The notes beneath the pieces are model-generated. The model was not told the DNA's origin. It saw only the letters and a list, made by a program, of their open reading frames with translations, and ran no database searches. From assembly GCF_009914755.1 (NCBI RefSeq), contig NC_060928.1: a DNA stretch of 64,000 nucleotides, one strand, 5' to 3'. This DNA comes from the human T2T-CHM13v2.0 reference genome, Homo sapiens. This document shows positions 1-14,172 of this stretch, in pieces; the first letter of the stretch is position 1, and the number at the start of each line of letters is the position of its first letter. The translations under genes were made by a program, and so were the position numbers.

Positions 1-887
1 TTCAGGAATTTGCGTCAACATTGCTTTAGGGCATGCGTGGTCATTCTTCACTCCGTTGTTGTTGTTTACAACAACATATATGGGGATTGTATATGTTTAT
101 ATAGTATATGGGGATTGTAGTGTTTATCTCACTCCTTGGATGATTTCTGGAGACACAGGGTTTTGCTATGTTGCCCAGGCTGGCTTTGAACTCCTGGGAT
201 CAAGTGACCCTCCTGCCTCAGCCTCTGAAGTAGATGGGACTACAGGTCCACGCCACCATGCCGAGCTGGACATGTAAATTTGAAGTGAATGATTAAACAT
301 GCAGCTAGTTGAAAACATGACAGACCAGTAACAGAAAAGCTACAATGTGTTTTTGAAACTATAAAGTGAATGGTTTCTTGGGAAAAATTGTGGATTTGTA
401 TATCTGTTGTTGAAATCAGAATAAACTATATTTCACTTGTATATTCTTAAATGAATTATTAAATTTTTCAGAAGTCAGTATTATATAGAAATACCATTTT
501 GCAATGTTTAATCTGTTTGAATCTTTGGAGAAGGTGGTTTCATTATAGGTGCATAATGCACTCTCAATATTTTAAACAAATTGTTCACTCTTCCATTTAA
601 GGTATAACAGTTTCTTGTATAAAATGGCTGGATGTGTATAAAGGAATTACGTTGTCTTGTGCCTTTAACACAACTTCAGTAATTACTATAATCTCATGTT
701 TATAATAGTTTTGTTGGGTGAGAGGATCAAATGAAAGTATTTTATGTTTTCTCATCTCTTTAGATTTTATCATTGTGTAAATTATTGGGCTTTTAGCATT
801 TGATGACATGAATTTTTAATCATTTTTAAGTACACATAATTTCTTCTGCACCATTTAAATAAAATATTATTATAACTTTAAAAAAAG
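1..887 (+). pseudogene. TMEM128: 3' portion of a TMEM128 processed pseudogene (C-terminal coding remnant, 3' UTR, poly-A); symbol given is the parent gene
   Basis: Frame 2 reads [30 protein letters not shown] and, after a ~28-bp duplication, YMGIVVFISLLG* (TGA 141-143). This matches the recalled TMEM128 C-terminus [36 protein letters not shown]. AU-rich UTR follows, with AATAAA at ~858 and an A-run at ~880-887. The 5' end lies outside the window. Confidence 0.88.
151..268 (-). mobile_element. Antisense Alu monomer (FLAM-like) within the pseudogene 3' UTR
   Basis: agacacagggttttgctatgttgcccaggctgg...cgccaccatgccgagc is a reverse-complement Alu monomer; no poly-T tail precedes it. Confidence 0.85.
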
Positions 888-1099
888 TAAGTTCTGATTT
901 TGTTGGAAATCTTTCCATGCCACTTATCAATATAATCCTAGCTTCTCCCCATGATCCAAATTAAAACAATAATTTCTAAGCCTTTTGGAGTTGTAACAAG
1001 TAATAATGATTAATTCTGCAGTCCTTCCTTTCTCCTTGTTTCCTTCCTTAATCATATCTGTTTTTCATCATACCTCACATACATAATATTATATAACTT

Positions 1100-1865
1100 A
1101 TTTTATTTTTAGAGTTAAATGTATGTTATAACAGCTTTATTGAGTTGTAATTCACATGTCATACAATTCACTCTTTTAAAGTACACAATTCAGTGGTTTT
1201 TAATAGAGTCACAGTTGTTCAGTCATCACCACTACCTCATTCCAGAGCATTTATATCACCCTAAAAAGAACTATGTATCCATTAGCAGTCACTCACCATT
1301 TCCTTTTTTTCCCAGCACCTGACAACCACTAATCTACTTTCTGTCTCTATGGATTTGCCTATCATGAACATTTCACAGAAATGAAATCAGACGATACATG
1401 ACCTTTTGTGTCTGGCTTCTTTGATTCAGTAGAAAGCTTCTAAGATCCATCCATGTTGTAACACGCATCAGTACTTTGTTCCTTTTTATTGCCTAATAAT
1501 ATTCCATTGTGTGTGTTTACTACATTTATTTGTTCATTCATCAGTTGATGGAACTCAGGTTATATCCAGTCCCAGGCTATTATAAATAATGTTGCTATGA
1601 ATATTTATGTATCAGTTCTTGTGTGAGCCTGTGTTTTCATTTCTCTTTGGTATACACCAGGAGTGGAGTTACTAGGTCATATGGTAGCTCTATGTTTAAC
1701 TTTTTGAGGAACTGCCATCCTGTTTTCCAAAGTGGCTGCTCCATTTTATATTCTCATGAGTATTAAATGAGGGGTTTCAATTTCTCCACATCCTTGCCCA
1801 AACTTGATATGGTCTTTTTGATTATAGCCATCCCAGCAGGTATAAAGTGGTATCTCATGGTAATT
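1100..1865 (-). mobile_element. Old L1 3' end (L1MB-like)
   Basis: acagctttattgag...tacaattcac...gttttccaaagtggctg...gtggtatctcat, typical reverse-complement L1M 3' UTR/ORF2 end. Confidence 0.8.
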
Positions 1866-2424
1866 TTTTATTTAAATGTGTATTTTAATTTGTAATCATT
1901 TTTTTTCAGAATTTTATGATGTACTTTGTGATTAACAGCCACAGTAGCAATTTATCAAACACTTTTCTAAGCAATATCTAATTTTGTGGGTATAATGATT
2001 CCCATTCTACAAAGAAACCAAAGTTAGGAAGGTTGAATGCTATTCGTGGTTCTAGTGGTGGAGCCAGTGTTTGCATCCAGGCCTGTCTGACATTCAGCTC
2101 CTTGTTGTTGTACGAATTCATTATATTGCCATGGAAACACACTCCAAACTTGCTAGTCCACAAACTCATAGCCTATAATTTATAATTTGAGACACAAAGC
2201 CCAATGACCTATTCATTTCACTAGAAAGATTAAGGTCTTTGGGAACACCCCACAGCATCCTGGCCCTGAATCCTGGAGGAGGACCAAAAAGGGCCTCAGT
2301 TGAGGGGCAGTCATCTCAATTCTTTTCTCCATTCCCGACCCAATCAGATTTATTCTGATGTTTTGAATATTCAGCTGCATGATGTAGCCCTGACTTCATC
2401 ATGGATACTAAAAGTTGTTGTGTG

Positions 2425-3300
2425 CTACTACACACCTATTAGAATGGCCACAATCCAGAACACTGACAACACCAAATACTAGCAAGAATGTGGAGCAACA
2501 AGAACTCTCTCTCATTGCTGGTAAGAGTGCAAAGTGGTACAGTCACTTTGTAAAACAGGTTGGTGGTTTCTTACAAAACTAAACATATTTTACTGTATGA
2601 TCTAGCAATCACACTCTTTGGTATTTACCCAAAGGAGCTGAAAACTTATGTCCACACAACAACCTGCACACAGGTGTTTATAGTAGATTTATTTGTTGCC
2701 AAAACTTGGAAGCAATCAAGATGTCCTCCAGTAGCTGAATGGGCAAATAAACATGGTACATCCAAACAATGGAATATTATTCCACACTAAAAAGTAATGA
2801 ACTATCGTGCCATGAAAACACATGGAGAAAACATAAAATGCACATTTCTAAGTGAAACAGTAGGCTGCGTACTGAAAGGCTATATACTGTGTGATTTTAA
2901 CTATACAACACTTTGGAAAAGGCAAAACTATGGAGACAGGAAAAAGATCAGTGGTTTCTAGGGCTTGGGGGAAAGAAGGGATGAATATGTGGAACACAAA
3001 GAATTTTTAGGGCAGTGAAACCACTCTGTATGATACTATAGTGATGTATACATATCATCATAAATTTGTCCAAACTCACAGAATGTGTAACACCCAGAGT
3101 GAACCCTAATGTAAATTATGGAGTTTGGATGATAAAGATGTAACAATGTAGGTTCATCAATTGTAACAAATACACCACTCTGGAGTGGGGTGTTGATAAT
3201 GGGAAGACTATGCATTTGTGGGAACAAGGAGTATATGGGAAATCTCTATAACTTCCAGCTCAATTTTGGTGTGAACTTAAAACTGCTATTAAAAAAGTCT
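2425..3300 (+). mobile_element. Old L1 3' end (L1MC-like)
   Basis: tactacacacctattagaatggcc...actgacaacaccaaat...gtgaaccctaatgtaaattatgg...aaaactgctattaaaaaa. Confidence 0.8.
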
Positions 3301-3368
3301 ATTTTTTCAAAAAAGTTCTTATACTGATGTAAATAATTTAGATAATTGATTACATTATCTGGTTGATC

Positions 3369-4781
3369 TTTTTTTAATTTTTTAATTTTTTTATTTTTAG
3401 TATTTATTGATCATTCTTGGGTGTTTCTCAGAGAGGGGGATTTGGCAGGGTCATAGGACAATAGCGGAGAGAAGGTCAGCAGATAAACATGTGAACAAAG
3501 GTCTCTGGTTTTCCTAGGCAGAGGACCCTGCGGCCTTCCGCAGTGTTTGTGTCCCTGGGTACTTGAGATTAGGGAGTGGTGATGACTCCTAACGAGCATG
3601 CTGCCTTCAAGCATCTGTTTAACAAAGCACATCTTGCACCGCCCCTAATCCATTTAACCCTGAGTTGACACAGCACATGTTTCAGAGAGCATGGGGTTGG
3701 GGGTAAGGTTACAGATTAACAGCATCCCAAGGCAGAAGAATTTTTCTTAGTGCAGAACAAAATGGAGTCTCCTATGTCTACTTCTTTCTACACAGACACA
3801 GTAACAATCTGATCTCTCTTTCTTTTCCCCACATTTCCCCCTTTTCTATTTGACAAAACCGCCATCGTCATCATGGCCTGTTCTCAATGAGCTGTTGGGT
3901 ACACCTCCCAGACAGGGTGGCAGCCGGTCAGAGGGGCTCCTCACTTCCCAGACGTGGCGGCTGGGCAGAGGCGCCCCCCACCTCCCAGACGGGCCGGCTG
4001 CCGGGCGGGGGTGCCCCCCACCTCCCAGAGGGGGCGGCCAGGCGGAGACGCTCCTCACTTCCCAGACAGGGCGGCTGCCGGGCGGAGGGGCTGCTCACTT
4101 CTCAGACAGGGCGGCCGGGCAGAGGCGCTCCCCACATCCCAGACGATGGGCGGCCAGGCAGAGACGCTCCTCACTTCTCAGACGGGATGGCGGCCGGGAA
4201 GAGGCACTCCTCACTTCCCAGACTGGGCGGCCGGGCAGAGGGGCTCCTCACATCCCAGACGATGGGTGGCCAGGCAGAGACGCTCCTCACTTCCTAGACG
4301 CGGTGGCAGCCGGGCAGAGGCTGCAATCTCAGCACTTTGGGAGGCCAAGGCAGGTGGCTGGGAGGTGAGGGTTGTAGCGAGCGAGATCAGGCCACTGCAC
4401 TCCAGCCTGGGCAACATTGAGCACTGAGTGAGCGAGACTCCGTCTGCAATCCCGGCACCTCGGGATGCCGAGGCGGGCAGATCACTCGAGGTCAGGAGCT
4501 GGAGACCAGCCTGGCCAGCGCGGCGAAACCCCCTCTCCACCAAAAAATACAAAAACCAGTCAGGCGTGGCAGCGAGCACCTGCAATCCCAGGCACTCGGC
4601 GGGCTGAGGCAGGAGAATCAGGCAGGGAGGTTGCAGTGAGCAGAGATCGTGGCAGTACAGTCCAGCCTCGGCAACAGAGGGAGACCGTGGAAAGTGAGAG
4701 ACGGAGACGACGGAGAGGGAGAAGGAGAGGGAGAGGGAGAGGGAGAGGGAGAGGGAGAGGGAGAGGGAGAGGGAGAGGGAG
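3369..4781 (-). mobile_element. Full-structure SVA retrotransposon, ~1.4 kb, probably an older subfamily (SVA_A/B)
   Basis: On +: T-rich tail (3369-3399), SINE-R (tttattgatcattcttgggtgtttctc to ~3890), GC-rich VNTR (cctcacttcccagac units to ~4320), Alu-like region, and (GAGGGA)n = (CCCTCT)n hexamer at ~4714-4781. Confidence 0.96.
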
Positions 4782-5293
4782 GATCGTTCTTTACAACCAG
4801 AAAATCTTGCACTGTGGGAGGAGCAGATCAAATACCTTAGAGGAGGACAGCTAGAGATCCTATAGCAACAACTGCCCTCAAGATATTGCCCTTGTTTCTA
4901 TGACTTCCTCTCTTTCCAATTAACTTGACCTTATAGGCTTTATGTTGACTATGACTTAAAAAATAAGTTCATTCTATCAAACACTTTGCTGTTTGTCTTT
5001 CAATCCATTTCTATCTCCCTACATATAATTTTTATTCACTTAATAGTCTTTGCCCTATCGATTCTACCTTCACCTCATTCTCTACAGTCAATCCCTTATA
5101 ACACATTTTTGGTATTACTTCTGTGTCATTAAATATGCTTCTTCTATCATTGGTTGATTTATTAATTTTAGACATTATCTAAATTTTCATCCTCTATAAT
5201 AAATAAGAAGTAAGATATCCATTCAGTGATGTCATCCACTACTTCCCTGGTAACTCTAAGAGATATTATCACAGCTTTGTTTCTCATTTTATC

Positions 5294-5542
5294 CTTTTTT
5301 TAACCTTTCCTTGTGGGCATGCCTGTGTTGGGTTAACAGTGGGGGTAATAATGGCTTGTTGGTTGATTGTAGATATTGGGCTGTTAATTGTCAGTTTAAT
5401 ATTTTGGTCTGATGTAGGCTTATGAGGAGGAGAATGTTTTCATGTTACTTATACTAACATTAGTTCTTCTATAAGGTAATAGATTAGTCCAATTGAGTGT
5501 AAGGAGCTCAGTTGTATGTTTGGGATTTTTTAGACAATGGGC
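5294..5542 (-). pseudogene. MT-RNR2: NUMT: nuclear copy of a mitochondrial 16S rRNA segment (about rCRS 2215-2460); symbol is the source gene
   Basis: Reverse complement reads CTAAAAAATCCCAAACATACAACTGAGCTCC...ATAGAAGAACTAATGTTAGTATAAGTAACATGAAAACATTCTCCTCC...AACCCAACACAGGCATGCCCACAAGGAAAGGTTAAAAAAAG, colinear with recalled human 16S at roughly 90% identity by eye. Confidence 0.93.
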
Positions 5543-5726
5543 ATTATCCTTGATTGCTCAGCTTGTAAGATGAGGATGTTAATGCCTCTATCCTTCCGTT
5601 CAGTTCTTCTCCACTCCTTCTTCTTCCTAACTTCTAACCTTTATGCTTTCTCCTTTGCATCTCCAAAGTTGATAACATTTTATAATTTATTCTGCAACCA
5701 AAATGTAGTATTACATACAATGCCTA

Positions 5727-6079
<353 letters not shown>

Positions 6080-7165
6080 TTATAAAACTTATAAATTGAC
6101 ACAGTATTAAAATATGATTATGCTTTTCCTTGTGTAGCTTTTTTCCTCATGAATTTTTAAAAGTTCCCTTTTTGTTTTGCGATTTGCCTTTAGTATAGTC
6201 TGATTATTATTTTCATACTGTACAGAATTTCAGATATGCTATTATTTCCTTTTCTCATCAATGAAAACCATCCATCCATCTCCTCCAATTTGAACTGCTC
6301 TCAAGGCCTGATACACAGCTGTCATCCTAGGGTCTCCCTTCACCTTCTTGAATTGTTCTCAAATTTTACTGAAACACATCTTTAAGAAGTTTCCTAAGAC
6401 ATGGTATATGAAAGATAAAATTTCTAAATTGTTGTATATATTTGATAACATTGCTATGTAGTTTGTTTTTTAGGGATGATTTCAGCATCTTTTTATTCTT
6501 CATGTTCACAGTTATCTGTATGGATATAGGTGTTTTTTCATTCCATTGTACTGAGGAGTTGGGAATATCTTAATATGAAGACATTGTCCTTCATCTCTAG
6601 AAAATGTATTTATTTGAAAATGTCGTTATCTCCTCTTTTTCTGTGTTTCCTCCCTGAAACTCCTATTATTGATGTTGGATCTCTTAGATTGATCTTATTC
6701 CATTTCTTTAGAAAAGAACAATTTTCTTTAAGGTAAATGCTAAGAACTTTTCAAGAGGCCTAGAGAGGTGAACTTTTCTGAATATATACTAAATAATCCC
6801 TTTGTTTTTACTGCTTAATGTCACCATTTGTTGTACCTGGTATATCTGTGTCCTGTGCCTTTCCTGCATTCTTCAGATTGTTTTTGTCCTTAGATGGAAA
6901 TGTCCTGCCCCTGTCCTTAATACTTACATGCACGCACACACACGCTCTTTTTCTCTCTGTCTAGAATGAGGCTTCTTCCTTCTTACTTCACCAATAGTCA
7001 CTCCTCTAACGGTTCTCAGTCTTCCAGAAATTTGGCGTAATCTATTATTCACCAATGGAGCCCTTCCTTTTTGCTTTTTTGTATTAAAATTATTCCTTTT
7101 ATATTCTGTTTCTGTGATTTTTAATTGAATCAGGAGGGAGAGGTGTGATTCTTCCACAATACTGA

Positions 7166-7532
7166 ATGCTATCGTTTAAATGTTTCTGTCCTTCCAAAAT
7201 TCATGTGCAATGAATCCCCAATGAAATAATATTAAGAGATGGGCCCTTTTGGAGGTGATTAGGTCATGAGGGGTCCACAACCATGAATGGGATTAGTGCC
7301 CATATAAAAGGGCTTGAAGGAGCCTGTTTGGTCCTTTTGCCCTTCCTTCAAGTGAGGATGCAGGAAGGAGGTGCCATCTTGGAAGCACAGAATAAGCCTT
7401 TACCAGATCCTGAATCTCTTGGCACCTAGATCCCAGACTTCCCAGCCTCCAGTTATAATAATAAATTTCTATTATTTAAAAATTATTCACCCTAAGGCAT
7501 TATGTTATAGTAGCCCAGCTGACTTGAGACAT
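7166..7532 (+). mobile_element. MaLR solo LTR (MST/MLT1A-type)
   Basis: tgctatcgtttaaatg...ccaaaattcatgtg...ggaggtgattaggtcatgaggg...gacttcccagcctccag...gacttgagaca. Confidence 0.8.
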
Positions 7533-7602
7533 TGACACCTCGAACAAATCAAGCTCTTTATCAGAACCTGCTGGACTTTGATCTGCCCAGTCCCTATCAC
7601 TC

Positions 7603-7960
7603 TGATATGATTTGGCTGTGTGTTGCCACCCAAATCTCACCTTGAATTGTAATAATCCTCATGTGTCAAGGGTGGGGCCAGGTAGAGATAATTGAATCAT
7701 GAGGGTGGTTTCTCCTATACTGTTTTCATGGTAGTGAAAAAGTCTCACAACATCTGATGGTTTTATAAATGGGAGTTCCCCTGGACAAGCTCTCTCTCCT
7801 GCCACCATGTAAGACATGGCTTTGCTTCTCCTTTGCCTTCTGACATGATCGTGAGGCTTCCCCAGCCATGTGGAACTGTGAATGCATTAAACTTCTTTGC
7901 TTCATAAATTATCCAGTCTCGGATATGTCTTTATTAGCAGTGTGAAAACAGACTAATACA
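7603..7960 (+). mobile_element. THE1 5' LTR (ERVL-MaLR)
   Basis: tgatatgatttggctgtg...ccacccaaatctcaccttgaattgt...cagactaataca termini. Confidence 0.92.
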
Positions 7961-9670
<1,710 letters not shown>

Positions 9671-10219
9671 CTTGACTTAATTACTCAGCTTTGCCATCAT
9701 TCTTCTTGGTACACAGCCATTCTTTGATGTATTACAAGAGAATCACTGCCTAGGGTTCAGGACTAGTGATTTTTTTCATCCTGTGAACTATAATCCAACA
9801 TTAGTAAGATTATTATTTCCTCTCAGAGAAGTGAAAGCAATGAAGAAATTAGCTCTGTGTTTGGGGTGGGGCATAGAAGAAAGAGAAAGAGAGATGTACT
9901 GTCAGGATTTTCTTCAAGTACAGTCTCTAAAAGGTTACTAAAGAGGGTGTGAAACTCTTTTACATCTTCAGTAAAGTTAGTCAAGAAGAAATAGGCTTAA
10001 GTTGCAACATGAGAGGTTTTTGGAAAAACTAGAAAACATTTATGAATGAGAAAGAATTCCTGTAGGGAATTGTATACTTTGTTTTCCTAAAGTATTCTTA
10101 AAAACAGGAAAGGGACTCATTTTGTTTTATGTAAGTATTTAAATGTGATACAAATTAGAAGTGGAAGGATAGACTGGAAAACCTACCTAGCTCCTTCTAT
10201 TCTAGGATGATGAGGATAA

Positions 10220-10450
10220 ATAATAATAATGACAATAGCTACCATTTACTGAGTGCTTTTGATACGCCAGCTTCTAGGCCAAGTACTTCACTTACCTATC
10301 TCACTTAATTTCTAAAACAAGTCTGTGAGGTAAGAAATGCTAACATTTCTACTTCACAGATGAAGAAACCCATTGTTCCAGAGTCTTAAGGTAACAGATT
10401 CAGATCTGGATTTGTTTGACGATGAGATCCATACTTTGAATTATCATGCA
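10220..10450 (-). mobile_element. MIR
   Basis: aatagctaccatttactgagtgct...acaagtctgtgaggtaag...cacagatgaagaaac core. Confidence 0.7.
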
Positions 10451-10839
10451 GATATGCGTCTTCTATGATGCCATAATTTACATCTTCAAAACCAACATTT
10501 TTACTTAGGACCACTATGCCTTCCCTTTTCTAGGTAATATTTGTGGTAATTGTTGGTTTTGGGTGATTTACTCTTTGCCCTGCACTGCAGTATCTAGTCA
10601 GAGGGAGGTGATGCCTCATTATTCCTAGGATTTGATCTAGTTTTCCAATGTTATAAAAATGTAGCCCCACGGCAGTTTGCCAACTCTTAACAGCCTTAGG
10701 GGATGCTGGCAGGCCCCTAAGCAGAGCACACGAGCATCTATTTCCTCATAAGAACTGTCTTCACCTTCGTCTTTTAAAATTGTGGCTGCTTCAGGTAGGG
10801 TAAAAAGTTACTGGTTAAAAGAAAAATTTTCTTCCCACA

Positions 10840-11710
10840 GTATGAAAGTTAATTTTATATGTCAACTTCACTGGGCGAAGGGATGCCTCTATAGCTAATA
10901 AAACATTATGTCTGGGTGTGTCTGTGAGGATGTTTCTAAGAGATTAGCATTGGAATAAATGAATGGAGTAAAAAAGATCACCCTTTCCAGTGTGGGTCAA
11001 CATCATCCAATCCATTGAGGGCCTGAATAGGACAAAAAGGTGGGGAGGGGCAAATTGGATCTGTCTTCTTAAACTGAGACGTCTGTCTCATGTTGTCCTA
11101 AAACTGTGGAGCTCCTGGTTGACTTGGACTGAATTACACTGGCTTTCCTGGTTCTGCAGCTTGCAGACAGCAGATGGTGGGATCTCTCAGCCTCTGACAC
11201 AGTTTGAATGTGTGTCTCTGCCCAAATCTCATGTGGAAATGTAATCCCCAATGCTGGAGGTGGAGTCTGGTGGGATGTGATTGGATCATGGGGGGCTGAT
11301 TTCTCATAAATGGTTTAGCACCATCTTTTTGGTGCTATCCTTGCAATAGTGAGTGAGTTCTCACAAGATCTGATTATTTAGAAGCATGTGGCACCTCTCC
11401 CCAACTCTTGCTCCTGCTTTTGCCATGTGATGTGCCTGCTCCCCCTTCACCTTCCGCTATGATTTTAAGTTTCCTGAGGCCTCCTCAAAAGCCAAGCAGA
11501 TGTTAGCACCGTGCTTCCTGTACAGCCTGCAGAACTGTGAGCCAATTAAACCTCTTTTCTTATAAATAACCCAATCTCAGGTATGTCTTTATAGCAATTT
11601 GAGAATGGCCTCCAGAATCATGTGAGCCAATTCCCATATTAAATCTCATCTTATGTATCTATTATATCCCATTGTTTTTGTTTCTCTGGAGTATGCTGAC
11701 TAATAACACA
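10840..11710 (+). mobile_element. MLT2 (ERV-L) solo LTR, split by a nested MST LTR
   Basis: gttaattttatatgtcaactt...ctgggtgtgtctgtgaggatgtttc...gcagcttgcagacagcag, resuming after the insert at aatcatgtgagccaattcc...tctctggag...gactaata. Confidence 0.8.
11195..11610 (+). mobile_element. MSTA/MSTB LTR nested in MLT2
   Basis: tgacacagtttgaatgtgtgtctctgcccaaatctcatg...cagaactgtgagccaattaaacctcttttc...gagaatggcct. Confidence 0.88.
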
Positions 11711-14057
11711 GACTCTTCAGATAGAGTCTATTTCACTTTACAAGCCTCAGCTGCTTGTGTGATCCTGTTCTTGTTTGCTCTATCGACCATGAAAGAGTTG
11801 TTTACCCTTTCCCTATTTATCCATCTGAGTGAATGAAAAGGTGCATGCTTTTAAAAAACCCACTTAAAAGGCACCGAAGTATTTGGCGAAAAAAATAAGG
11901 AGAAAAAAAAGAACATTTGTCTTTTCTCTCCTTCCATAGAGGTAAAGAGAAATCCAGTTGCAACAGATACCAGAGATAACATAAAGTTAATTATACCCTA
12001 AATGCAACTGCGGCAACTAAAACACATTCTCACGATCGCAGTTAGCCTAGCACATGATTGTTATTACAAAGGAATTCTGTAGTCCTTTAAGTGTTTATAC
12101 CTGCTTTTTGGGGTTTGTCTTTTGTTTTTCCTTGGTAGTGTTCATCCTGGGGATGACTGAGTAGGACTCCTCCAGCAGCTGCTGGCTGGCATCTTCTGTC
12201 TACTGCTCTCCCTGTCATTCCCCTTTTCTCTCTCCTAAACTCAGTTTGGCCAGGAATGTTGAAAAAACGGTGGTGGAGGCAATAGAAGTGACTAAACAAG
12301 TTTTGTCCATAATCTTCTCTTTCTATTTCTACTAACTTCTCTGTTTATATTTATTGACCACCTCCTTCATCCAAGAATAGATGATGCTGTTGTTGGTCAC
12401 ACTTTCACCATGAAACTTTGCTTCATGTCACCGCAAAGTGCACACTGCTATGCCTTGGGATGTCACTGTCACATTCTGGACCTCAGTCTCTCAACTTGAA
12501 AACAGGACGAAACTAACAGGCTACCTGTTACCTACACCAGCTAAAGAGGTCATTCTAATCACACTTATATTGTGTTTTAAACAGCTCTGTTTCACAAATG
12601 AGTTTCTCCTCCTTTATGGAGCAGGATTATGAGAGTTCTCTGTATTATTATCGTCATCACCACAAGCCTCAGGAATAACAAATTTCCCAATCATAGGAGA
12701 GTAGAAATAGAAAGCGACCTCTGTATAGAAACCATCTAAAGTGCTATAACTGCACTTTGGAAAAAACACAGAAGCCTAAGAAGTTTATTGATTGAGACTC
12801 AGCAGATATTAAAACTGATAATAAAACTGATAATAAAACTGTAATTTAGCAAGTACAGAGTACAGCAAAAAGACAAATAATAATGTAACAGGAAAAGAAC
12901 CCAGCTTATATAAAATTTTAATAAATGCTATTGGAAGACATGACAAATTAATTAAAAAGGGCAAGATTGTCCGCTAAACGGTCTGGAGAGATGTGGTTAT
13001 ACAGAAAATAATCACTTTAGTTTTCATCTCACACCGTGTGTGGAAATTTATTCTAGATGGACTAAATGTAAACTCCTAACAAATAGAGACTAAAGTGACT
13101 CTGATCTCTGAAAGAGAATGTACTTCTTCACATGAGAGCAAAAATAAAAATTATAAAGTAATTTATCAGCATTTGACTACATAATAATGTAAAACTTCTA
13201 TACATCAAAAAATAATTATGACATAAATGGCTAATATCTTTTCTATATAAAGAGCTTATACAAACAGACTAATAAAACACTAATATCCCAGCAGGAAAAA
13301 TGGGCAAAGAACATCACAAAGGAGGGAATTTCAGAGCCTAATAAAGGTATGAAATAAACATTTGACCACATCTGTAATCAAAGAAATGCAACTAGAATAA
13401 CGAAATGTCTCTTTCCCCCTTTCAAATTACCAGAGTTTCCATATTGGTTGTGTCCTGTGGGAAGCAGATGCCGAGGTGGAGTTAGAAATACAAAGGTTCA
13501 TTTGGGAGAAATGCCTCTGACAGTTAAAAGAAGGAGGAAGCAGGGTCTGACAAAGACCTAGATATGTTATGAATATTCTATCATACTATGTGACAATCTT
13601 TCCAGGAAAATAGAGAGATAATTACTGCTAATAACACTCAAATATGAACGCCTTTAATCCTCATAACACCCTAAGGCATGCACTTTCTTGACCCCTATAT
13701 TAGAGATGAGGAAACTAAGAGACCAAGAGAATAAAGAAAATGCCCAAGGCAGAGTTGGAACTTGAATCCAGGCAACCTGGCTCCCAAGTCTTTTGTCTGA
13801 AGTCTTATATTACAACTATCTCTTAAGTAAAATGTGGACTTTTAAGCAGTTTTAAAAATGGTATTAAGAAAGAATTTTTACCAAAGAAAGGAAAGAATTT
13901 TAATCATATAGGGAAATGTTTATGGTATAAAAATATTGGAAAGAGCCGAACTCAAAATTGTCTATACAATAAAATCCAATTATATATAATATGCATAAAA
14001 TAACAGATGAGAAGAAAGTAAATTATTAATAGTAACTATTGAGTGAAAGGTGAAGTG

Positions 14058-14172
14058 CAGAGTAACCAACTCATCCTGGCTTTTTCCTGGACTTTTCTGG
14101 TTTTAGCACTCAAAGTTCCATGACCTGGAAATTCTTTCAAGTCTTGGACAACTGGATGATTGGTCACCCCTA
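14058..14172. mobile_element. MER81-like hAT-Blackjack MITE
   Basis: cagagtaaccaactcatcc...ggttttagcactcaaagt...gattggtcacccta; decayed AGGGTGACC termini, ~115 bp. Confidence 0.7.

Noticed and set aside
3890-4320. Regularly spaced ~40-bp repeats that superficially resemble a CRISPR array
   Set aside because: These are SVA VNTR units with no unique spacers; the context is eukaryotic and there are no cas genes.
3846-4854. Several long overlapping ORFs (129-206 aa)
   Set aside because: All lie in the GC-rich SVA VNTR, Alu-like and hexamer regions; the repetitive peptides are artefacts of stop-poor sequence.
5294-5542. Functional rRNA gene or humanin-like (MTRNR2L) peptide gene
   Set aside because: Only a ~250-bp fragment, lying upstream of the humanin-coding part of 16S.
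12810-12845. Short tandem repeats (aaaactgataat x~3; also a 16-bp unit at ~50443-50482)
   Set aside because: Ordinary slippage duplications with no functional cue.
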